Below are positions 8,372-15,715 of a stretch of 64,000 bases of DNA, piece after piece (position 1 is the stretch's first letter; every line of letters starts with the position of its first letter). Source of the DNA: Clostridia bacterium (GTDB lineage: Bacteria; Bacillota; Clostridia; Oscillospirales; CAG-272); assembly GCA_017451485.1 (NCBI GenBank), contig JAFTOG010000020.1, positions 13,498 to 77,497 on the forward strand, read 5' to 3'. Below the pieces are notes generated by a model that saw only the letters and a list, made by a program, of their open reading frames with translations, searched no databases and was not told the origin of the DNA. The translations under genes and the position numbers were made by a program.

Positions 8372-8428
8372 GTTTTGAGCAAAACTCGAAGCTCTCATTT
8401 ACAGTAGTAATGGTTAAATATATCGAAA
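8371..8428 (+). repeat. second repeat family, copy 2 (leader of ORF 8459)
   Basis: See 7083-7140. Begins with hairpin gagttttGAGCaaaactc (8370-8387). Confidence 0.75.
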
Positions 8429-8458
8429 TAAAAATAAAAATGAATTGGAAAAATAAAA

Positions 8459-9103
8459 ATGAAAAAAATTGTTCTTATCGGTGATTCTATTAGGATGGGC
8501 TATGATAAATATATTAAGGACGCCTTAAGCGGATCTGCCGAGGTTTTTTATCCTTCTGAAAATTGTAGATTTGCAGAGTATGTTTTACGCTATGCACACG
8601 AGTGGAAGGCAAGTGGAGAGTGGGGGGATGATGTTGATCTCGTCCATTGGAACGCAGGGCTTTGGGATGCGTTGGAGCTGTTTGGTGACGCACCACTTAC
8701 ATCAATATCTTACTACGGAGAGGCTATATCACGAATAAACAAAAGACTTCGTATGCTTTTTCCAAAGGCCAAATTTGTGTTTGCGACCTCAACCAATGTA
8801 AGTGAAAAAATGAGCAATCCCGACTTTACAAGACACAACGCAACCATAGAAAAATATAATACCGAGGCACTTCGTGCTTTGTCGGGGACGGATACCGTCA
8901 TAAATGATCTTTATTCGCTTACATCCTCTGTGCCCGATTCTTATCGTTCTGATTGGGTTCATTTTTACACACCTGAGGGCACAGAGTTGATCGGCGGCAA
9001 GGTTTTGTCTGTGATCTGTGAGATTCTTGATATAACGCCCGAACAGATCAATATAGAAAAGTTCGAGTCGGAACGCTATTCAAAGAGCAATATCGGATAT
9101 TGA
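8459..9103 (+). CDS. SGNH/GDSL-family hydrolase
   Basis: 214 aa. Block I LIGDSIRMGY (GDS), later NAGLWD and a DWVH-type block V. Confidence 0.7.
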   Translation: MKKIVLIGDSIRMGYDKYIKDALSGSAEVFYPSENCRFAEYVLRYAHEWKASGEWGDDVDLVHWNAGLWDALELFGDAPLTSISYYGEAISRINKRLRMLFPKAKFVFATSTNVSEKMSNPDFTRHNATIEKYNTEALRALSGTDTVINDLYSLTSSVPDSYRSDWVHFYTPEGTELIGGKVLSVICEILDITPEQINIEKFESERYSKSNIGY

Positions 9104-9120
9104 GTTATTCATTTTGGTTT

Positions 9121-9212
9121 TATAACCCTGTTTTTCGGAAAATTTGATACCTTTTGGAGCCTTGACCCATGTCGAATCCGTCGTCCGTCTGACAAAAAGT
9201 TCTGTAAAATAG
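9121..9212 (+). repeat. rlmD-3'-end repeat copy C (arm + HVESVVRLTKSSVK-stop)
   Basis: tataaccctgtttttcgg..ccttttggagcc..cat gtc gaa tcc gtc gtc cgt ctg aca... tag (9168-9212). Confidence 0.75.
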
Positions 9213-9311
9213 ATTATATTACAAAGATATTTTTATACATAACAAAGGCGAAATTCTAAAATCCTTTGTTATGAATAAGGTGATACATAATTAAGCAAAA
9301 AATATAAATAA

Positions 9312-9351
9312 ATGACGCAAAAACGGACCTCGTGGTCCGTTTTTTGCGTCA
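9312..9351. terminator. bidirectional rho-independent terminator (18-bp perfect stem)
   Basis: atgacgcaaaaacggacc tcgt ggtccgtttttgcgtcat, flanked by A/T runs. Lies just downstream of the minus-strand aminotransferase gene. Confidence 0.8.
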
Positions 9352-9369
9352 TTTAGATTGTTTGTATGT

Positions 9370-10557
9370 TTATTTATTATATTCCTCGGCAAGAGCCTTA
9401 AAGGCAGGAAGTGCATTTACAATTCTTTGCTTATCTACGCAGTAAGCAATTCTTACATATCCCTTAACACCGAAGTCATCACAGGGAACGACAAGAATTT
9501 CCTTGGATTTTGCCTTTTCAAAGAATTTCATAGCATCGTCCTCAAGAGCCTTTACAAAAAGGTAGAAGGCACCGTCGGGCTGAACACACTCGTAGCCGTA
9601 CTCGGTTAGGGCAGAGTAGAGAATATCCCTGTTTTCCTTATATATATTTACATCAACCTTAGCTCCGATGCATTTTTTGATAACCTGCTGGAAAAGGCTG
9701 GGTGCACAAACATAACCAAGAGAACGGCCTGCACCGCAGATAGCAAGGTAAACATTTACAGAGTCCTCCATCTTTGGGCTTACCGCAATGTATCCAATTC
9801 TTTCACCGGGAAGGGAAAGAGCCTTGGAGTAGGAGTAGCAAACAATTGTATTATCGTAGTAGTTCATAAGGTAGGGCACAGGCACACCGTCGAATATAAG
9901 CTCACGGTATGGCTCATCAGCGATAAGATAAATAGGATGTCCGTATTCCTTTTCCTTTGCCGTAAGGGTAGCACAAACCGCCTTAATTGTCTCCTCATTG
10001 TATACAACTCCACTGGGATTGTTAGGGGAGTTCATAATTACTGCTTTGGTGTTTTCTGTTATCTTGCTTTCAAAATCCTTAATATCCACCTGGAAGGTCT
10101 TTTCACAGGGGGTGGAGATAACAACCTTGCCCTGGGCATTTTCGATAAATACACGGTATTCTGTAAAGAAGGGAGCAAAAACAATACATTCCTCATTAGG
10201 ATTGAGAAGTGCACGCAAGGAAATAGTAAGAGAAGCTGCTGCACCACAGGTCATATATATATTGTTAGCAGTAACCCCGGCATCAAAGCGTGCATTGATA
10301 TCATCTGCAACTGCCTGGCGTGTGCCAAGGTCGCCCTGTGCAGATGTATAGCCGTGTAAAAGCACGGAATTTTCATTTTTTATAAGGTCGCAGATAGTGT
10401 CGCTGATTTCCTTAGGAGGCTCAACGCTTGGATTTCCGATACTAAAGTCAAAAACCTTGTCTGCACCGATTTCAACAGCTCTCTGTTTACAGTATTCAAA
10501 TATCTCACGGATAATTGAACGTTTACTGCCGAGAGCATACATTTTTTCGTTAATCAT
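9370..10557 (-). CDS. pyridoxal-phosphate-dependent aminotransferase (class I, aspartate/aromatic type)
   Basis: 395 aa. SYSKALSLPGERIGY PLP-lysine region and NSPNNPSG motif. Confidence 0.85.
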   Translation of the reverse strand: MINEKMYALGSKRSIIREIFEYCKQRAVEIGADKVFDFSIGNPSVEPPKEISDTICDLIKNENSVLLHGYTSAQGDLGTRQAVADDINARFDAGVTANNIYMTCGAAASLTISLRALLNPNEECIVFAPFFTEYRVFIENAQGKVVISTPCEKTFQVDIKDFESKITENTKAVIMNSPNNPSGVVYNEETIKAVCATLTAKEKEYGHPIYLIADEPYRELIFDGVPVPYLMNYYDNTIVCYSYSKALSLPGERIGYIAVSPKMEDSVNVYLAICGAGRSLGYVCAPSLFQQVIKKCIGAKVDVNIYKENRDILYSALTEYGYECVQPDGAFYLFVKALEDDAMKFFEKAKSKEILVVPCDDFGVKGYVRIAYCVDKQRIVNALPAFKALAEEYNK

Positions 10558-10566
10558 AATAACCTC

Positions 10567-11376
10567 TTATATTTTCAAAAGCTTTTTTGCATTTTTGTAA
10601 AGCATCATATCCTCAAGCTCCTTGTCGGATATATAGCTCTTTAATATCCTTACCATTTCTCCCTGGTCCTGCCACGGAGAGTCGGATGCGAACAGAATTT
10701 TATCAGCTCCGTGCTTTTCAACCATTCTACAGAACATGTCTCTGCCAATAAAGGGAAGAACATATGAGGTATCAATATATATATTTTCCCCTGCGAGGGT
10801 GTCTGTAAATTGGTGGAAAAGCTCATTTGCACCCATATGTGCAAGAACTAATCCTTCATATCCTCCCAGTTTGTCAAGCACTCGTGCTACTCTTATAGGA
10901 GTACATTTAATGGGTTGGCCCACATACGCACCGTCAAAGCCCGAATGAGTAAGAGTGATAAGGTCCAGCTCCTTTGCACATTTAAGAATGCGTATATATT
11001 TATCATCGTCAATATAAGTTCCCTGATAATCGGGGTGTAGCTTTATTCCTAAAAAACCGTTTTCCTTAATCTCATAAAGAGCTTTTTCGTAATCCTCTAT
11101 ATTGGGATGCATACCCGCAAAGGAAATTATCCTCACCCCTGTGTATGATTTTTTATTTATTTCTTTTGCAAAGGCTGTAACGCTTTCAAGCTGTGCAGCT
11201 TTTGTTAGGACGGGTAGATTTACGGATACATCTACTCCGTTTTTTATCATACTTCCTATAAGACCGTCAAGGTTACCGGTTGAATGGGCAGGTATAGATG
11301 CACCCATTGAGAGTGCTTCGATAGTTCTTTTCGCAATTTTATCGGGGAAAATATGAGTATGAAAATCAATTACCAT
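10567..11376 (-). CDS. amidohydrolase-family (TIM-barrel metal-dependent hydrolase) protein
   Basis: 269 aa. N-terminal VIDFHTHIFP metal-binding motif. Confidence 0.7.
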   Translation of the reverse strand: MVIDFHTHIFPDKIAKRTIEALSMGASIPAHSTGNLDGLIGSMIKNGVDVSVNLPVLTKAAQLESVTAFAKEINKKSYTGVRIISFAGMHPNIEDYEKALYEIKENGFLGIKLHPDYQGTYIDDDKYIRILKCAKELDLITLTHSGFDGAYVGQPIKCTPIRVARVLDKLGGYEGLVLAHMGANELFHQFTDTLAGENIYIDTSYVLPFIGRDMFCRMVEKHGADKILFASDSPWQDQGEMVRILKSYISDKELEDMMLYKNAKKLLKI

Positions 11377-11379
11377 AAA

Positions 11380-11808
11380 TTAAAGAGCCTCGAGCTCCTT
11401 TGGAGACATAGTATCTATACCGTTGTCCTTCAAGGTCTGACACGCCTTGTCTATCTGTGAGGTTTTAACTACAATTGTAGCGTCCTCTGACTCAACTGAA
11501 AGACCGTATGCATATTCAATATCAATGTCATTTTCGGAAATAAGCTCAAGTATCTCCTGGAGTGCACCTGCAATATGTGGAAGCTTAATAATAATAACAT
11601 CGGTAACAGTGCTTGCAAAGCCTGCCTCATTAAGAACCTTAGATCCCTTTTCAGGGTCGTTTACTATGAGTCTTAAAAGACCGAATTCAGAGGTGTCTGC
11701 TAAGCTCATGGATAAAATGCTGACCTTGTTTTCCTTAAGAAAATGTAGCACCTCACCAAGTCTGCCTCGTCTGTTTTCAATAAATACGGATAACTGTTTT
11801 ACTGTCAT
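11380..11808 (-). CDS. ACT domain-containing protein
   Basis: 142 aa. Tandem ACT-like pattern. Typical last gene of paaK-iorAB clusters. Confidence 0.65.
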   Translation of the reverse strand: MTVKQLSVFIENRRGRLGEVLHFLKENKVSILSMSLADTSEFGLLRLIVNDPEKGSKVLNEAGFASTVTDVIIIKLPHIAGALQEILELISENDIDIEYAYGLSVESEDATIVVKTSQIDKACQTLKDNGIDTMSPKELEAL

Positions 11809-11834
11809 CTTTTTATTCTCCTTATAAGATTAGC

Positions 11835-12395
11835 TTATCTTTCGTAGCCTGCCTTAAATGCCTTAACATTTATGTCAACTGTCTTTTGGGGAACGGTTGC
11901 TTTGAGTATTTCCAACCACTCCTCCTCAGAAAATCCAATATGCTTAGCCGCAAGACCGAGAACAACTGTATTAAGCACCTTGCTGTTGCCGAGCTCCTTG
12001 GCAATAGCTCCACCGTCAATTGTATAGAGCTTATGCTCCTTGTCGAGCCCCTCTAAAATTCCTTCGGGATATTTCATAGCACCGATAACAACTGTCATAG
12101 GGTCGATTCTTGTATCGTTAACTATCATAACCCCGTCCGGCTTAAGAAAATGAGCATAGCGAAGAGCTTCGAGGCGTTCAAAGGAAATAAGAATATCAAC
12201 GCTTCCTTCCTCGCAAACAGGCTCATAAACCTTCTTGCCGAATCTAACAAATGTAACAACACTACCACCACGCTGTGCCATACCGTGAACCTCGGAAAGC
12301 TTAACATCCCAGCCTGCATTGAGGGCTGTTTTACCAATAATTCTGCTGGTGAGAAGCGTACCCTGTCCACCAACGCCAACTACCATTATATTCAT
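11835..12395 (-). CDS. iorB: indolepyruvate:ferredoxin oxidoreductase subunit beta
   Basis: MNIMVVGVGGQGT N-terminus. Start at 12395 preceded by aggaggg. The track ORF extends to 12434. Confidence 0.85.
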   Translation of the reverse strand: MNIMVVGVGGQGTLLTSRIIGKTALNAGWDVKLSEVHGMAQRGGSVVTFVRFGKKVYEPVCEEGSVDILISFERLEALRYAHFLKPDGVMIVNDTRIDPMTVVIGAMKYPEGILEGLDKEHKLYTIDGGAIAKELGNSKVLNTVVLGLAAKHIGFSEEEWLEILKATVPQKTVDINVKAFKAGYER

Positions 12396-12408
12396 ATTTT
12401 TACCCTCC

Positions 12409-14148
12409 TTATCTTGCAACCTTTTTAATAGCACCGAACTTGCAGTAGCTCATACAGAGTCCACATCCGTTACACATTGTTTCATCTATTTTTACAGTGC
12501 CGTCAGCCTGCTTGGTAAGAGCAGGACAGCCTATCTTTAAGCACATACCGCACTTACGGCACTCCTCGGGAGTACATCTGCAAACATTGGGGAATTTCTG
12601 TCCCTTGATAAGTGCACAGGGAGCTTTAGCAATAATAACAGTAAGCTCGTCGCAGTTTACACTTTCCTTTATAACCCTTTCAAGCTCCTTGATATCGAAG
12701 GCATTTACCTCCATAACTCGCTTAACACCGATAGCTCGGCAAAGCTCTGCTAAGTCAATAGCATATGTATCCTCACCCTTAAGTGTCTTACCTGTAGCAG
12801 CATGCTCCTGATGTCCTGTCATACCTGTTGTACGGTTGTCAAGAATCATTACGGTACCTGTTGCCTTGTTGTATACCATATTTACAAGAGAGTTTATACC
12901 TGTATGTAAAAAAGTGGAGTCACCGATTGTAGCAACCCAATTTTTAATAAATTCCTTACCCTTGGCCTTTTCCATACCGTGGAGAAGTGAAATACTGGAG
13001 CCCATACAAATAGTTGTGTCAATTACATTAAGGGGAGCAACTGCACCGAGAGTATAGCATCCAATATCGCCTGCTGCGTGTATTTTAAGCTTGTTAAGAA
13101 CTGAGAATACGCTTCTGTGGGGGCATCCGGGACAAAGAATAGGAGGTCTTGCGGGAGCCTCTGCCTTATCAAAAGCGATCTCCTCCTTACCGTAAATAAC
13201 CTTTTTAAGCATATTTGCACTGTACTCGCCCTGCTTTGTAAAGAGCTCCTTACCGTGAACCCTAAGTCCCCAGCTCTTTACCTGCTCCTCGATAACAGGC
13301 TCCAGCTCTTCGAATACATAAACCTCATCGCAGGAAGCAACAAAATCACAGATAAGCTTCTTAGGAAGAGGATTTACAATACCGAGCTTAAGAACACTTG
13401 CCTCGGGACAAGCCTCTTTAACATACTGATAAGCAATACCGGATGTAATAAATCCGATTTTAGTATCTCCCATTTCAATAGAGTTAATGGGAAAATCAGA
13501 TGCGTCAGCCTCCATCTGAAGCTCTCTTGCCTCAACAACCTTATGTCTGCCGATAGCGGAGGCGGGCATCATAACATACTTTCTCATATCTCTTTCATAT
13601 GTCTTGTCCTCAACCTCTGTACGGTCGCAAAGCTCAACAACACTCTGCGAGTGAGAAAGCTTTGTTGTAGTTCTGAAAATAACGGGAGTATCATATCTCT
13701 CGCTAAGCTCAAAGGCATACTTGAAGAATTCCTTTGCCTCGCCACTGTCTGAGGGCTCGATAACAGGAAGATGAGCACTTCTTGCTATCATTCTTGTATC
13801 CTGCTCGTTCTGTGAGCTTGCAAGTCCGGGGTCGTCTGCAACCACGATTACAAGTCCTCCGTTTACTCCTGTGTATGCAAGTGTGTAAAGAGGGTCGGAT
13901 GCAACATTCAAGCCTACATGCTTCATACAAGCCATACTGCGTACGCCTGCAATGGAGGCACCTGCTGCTGCTTCAAGGGCAACCTTTTCGTTGGGAGCCC
14001 ACTCAGTATATACCTCGTTATATTTTGCTAAAAATTCACTTATTTCTGTGCTGGGTGTTCCGGGATATGCACTTGATACCTTAACACCGGCCTCATAGGC
14101 TCCTCTTGCGATAGCCTCGTTGCCAAGCATTATCATTGCCTTTTCCAT
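12409..14148 (-). CDS. iorA: indolepyruvate:ferredoxin oxidoreductase subunit alpha
   Basis: 579 aa. TPP-enzyme features and C-terminal 2x[4Fe-4S] motifs (CRKCGMCLKIGC, CNGCGLCMSYC). Confidence 0.88.
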   Translation of the reverse strand: MEKAMIMLGNEAIARGAYEAGVKVSSAYPGTPSTEISEFLAKYNEVYTEWAPNEKVALEAAAGASIAGVRSMACMKHVGLNVASDPLYTLAYTGVNGGLVIVVADDPGLASSQNEQDTRMIARSAHLPVIEPSDSGEAKEFFKYAFELSERYDTPVIFRTTTKLSHSQSVVELCDRTEVEDKTYERDMRKYVMMPASAIGRHKVVEARELQMEADASDFPINSIEMGDTKIGFITSGIAYQYVKEACPEASVLKLGIVNPLPKKLICDFVASCDEVYVFEELEPVIEEQVKSWGLRVHGKELFTKQGEYSANMLKKVIYGKEEIAFDKAEAPARPPILCPGCPHRSVFSVLNKLKIHAAGDIGCYTLGAVAPLNVIDTTICMGSSISLLHGMEKAKGKEFIKNWVATIGDSTFLHTGINSLVNMVYNKATGTVMILDNRTTGMTGHQEHAATGKTLKGEDTYAIDLAELCRAIGVKRVMEVNAFDIKELERVIKESVNCDELTVIIAKAPCALIKGQKFPNVCRCTPEECRKCGMCLKIGCPALTKQADGTVKIDETMCNGCGLCMSYCKFGAIKKVAR

Positions 14149-14150
14149 AT

Positions 14151-15452
14151 TTATACTCCTTTTCTCAAATCTCTGATTCGTTTTGCCTTGCCCTCAAATC
14201 GAGCAAGAGTATTTGGGGACTCAAGCTTTATTTTTGCGTCAAGTCCAAGAACGACTCTCAGCTTATTTTTTATTTCTTTTTCGATTCTTTCAAGCTCCTT
14301 AAATGAGTCAGTAGCCTTAGCAAGCTCAACTCTTATTGTAAGCTTGTCAGAGTATCCGTCTCTTTCAACAACAATTTCGTAGTGAGGACCGAGGCCTTCA
14401 ATGGAGAGCACAACCTCCTCAATCTGACCTGGGAATACATTTACTCCTCTTATCTTAAGCATATCGTCGCTTCTACCCTGGAGATTTTCCATACGGCAGG
14501 TGGTTCTTCCGCATTTACAGGGCTCATACATGAGTCTTGTAATATCTCTTGTTCTGTATCTGATAAGAGGGAGAGCCTCCTTTTTAATACAGGTAATTAC
14601 AAGCTCACCCTTTTCCCCAATGGGGAGCACCTTACCTGTTTCGGGATCGATTATTTCGGGAATGAAGAAATCCTCGTTTATGTGCATTCCGTTAAGATAT
14701 TCACACTCACCGGATACACCTGGGCCCATAAGCTCACTCATACCGTAGTTTGATGTGATTAACATATCATCACCCCAGCATCTGTGCATTTCATCACGCA
14801 TAGCATCTGTCAGAAGCTCACTTCCCACAAGACCTATTTTAACCTTAAGGTCCTTTTTGGGATCTATACCGATTTCATTTGCTACCTCAGCAAGACGAAG
14901 TGCGTAGGAGGGAGTGGCAACCAAAAGCGTAGTGCCAAAGTCCTTCATATACATAAGCTGCTTTTCTGAGTTTCCTGTAGAAGAGGGAATAATTGTAGCA
15001 CCGATATTCTCGAGTCCGTAGTGCAGACCGAGAGCACCGGTAAACATACCGTAGCCGAAGCATATCTGTGCAAAATCCGTGGATTTAGCTCCCCCGGCAC
15101 AGGCAATTCTTGATACACATTCAGTCCATACATCCATATCTCCCTTGGTATATCCTACAACCGTGGGCTTACCGGTAGTACCGGAGGATGCGTGGATTCT
15201 TAAAAGCTCATCAGTAGGAACGGCAAAAAGACCGTAGGGGTAGTTGTCACGAAGATCTTGCTTTGTAACAAAAGGAAGCTTAGCTAAATCCTTAAGGGAT
15301 TTTATATCCTCGGGCTTTACTCCTGCCTCGTCCATTTTTTTACGGTAGGGAGCTACCTTTTCGTAAACTCTATGTACAGTCTCCTGTAAGCGTTCAAGCT
15401 GGATAGCTTCTATTTCTTCTCTTGAAAGGGTTTCATTTTTTGACCAGATCAT
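14151..15452 (-). CDS. paaK: phenylacetate--CoA ligase
   Basis: 433 aa. Adenylate-forming motif SSGTTGKPT. PaaK-type N- and C-terminal domains. Confidence 0.88.
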   Translation of the reverse strand: MIWSKNETLSREEIEAIQLERLQETVHRVYEKVAPYRKKMDEAGVKPEDIKSLKDLAKLPFVTKQDLRDNYPYGLFAVPTDELLRIHASSGTTGKPTVVGYTKGDMDVWTECVSRIACAGGAKSTDFAQICFGYGMFTGALGLHYGLENIGATIIPSSTGNSEKQLMYMKDFGTTLLVATPSYALRLAEVANEIGIDPKKDLKVKIGLVGSELLTDAMRDEMHRCWGDDMLITSNYGMSELMGPGVSGECEYLNGMHINEDFFIPEIIDPETGKVLPIGEKGELVITCIKKEALPLIRYRTRDITRLMYEPCKCGRTTCRMENLQGRSDDMLKIRGVNVFPGQIEEVVLSIEGLGPHYEIVVERDGYSDKLTIRVELAKATDSFKELERIEKEIKNKLRVVLGLDAKIKLESPNTLARFEGKAKRIRDLRKGV

Positions 15453-15534
15453 TTTATCTCACCTTTACTTTGTAGTTAATAAAATATACACCCACGCAGT
15501 TATGCGTACAGGTGCAAAAAAAAAAGATAAAATA

Positions 15535-15564
15535 ATTATATAATAATAGGACACAATTTGTCAA
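15535..15564 (-). promoter_or_regulatory. sigma-A-type promoter for the paaK operon
   Basis: On the minus strand: TTGACA (15564-15559), 18-nt spacer, TATAAT (15540-15535). Confidence 0.55.
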
Positions 15565-15574
15565 TAATATTGAC
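15560..15574. promoter_or_regulatory. perfect 15-bp palindrome GTCAATA-A-TATTGAC overlapping the -35 box
   Basis: Read directly from the sequence. Candidate operator. Confidence 0.4.
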
Positions 15575-15635
15575 GTATTTTGTATTTTTTATTTTCTTTT
15601 TGTAAAACGGAGAGGGCATGCTTAGAGGAAATATA

Positions 15636-15664
15636 TTGAAAAGTACAATGGGGTATGATATAAT
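15636..15664 (+). promoter_or_regulatory. sigma-A-type promoter for gene 15716
   Basis: TTGAAA (15636-41), 17 nt, TATAAT (15659-64). Confidence 0.5.
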
Positions 15665-15715
15665 TGCTGTAGATTACCTTGTGTAAATTTGGTATTACAA
15701 AAAGAGAGGGCTACT

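Larger units (their letters stand above)
6640..9212 (+). mobile_element. putative array of three small cassette-like / decayed integrated units at the rlmD 3' end
   Basis: Bounded and subdivided by direct repeats of the rlmD 3' coding end (see repeat features). No recombinase gene inside. Confidence 0.4.

Noticed and set aside
7741-9212. The four-helix-bundle protein as the Avd component of a diversity-generating retroelement.
   Set aside because: There is no reverse transcriptase gene and no template/variable repeat pair anywhere in the window. The family resemblance alone does not support a DGR call.
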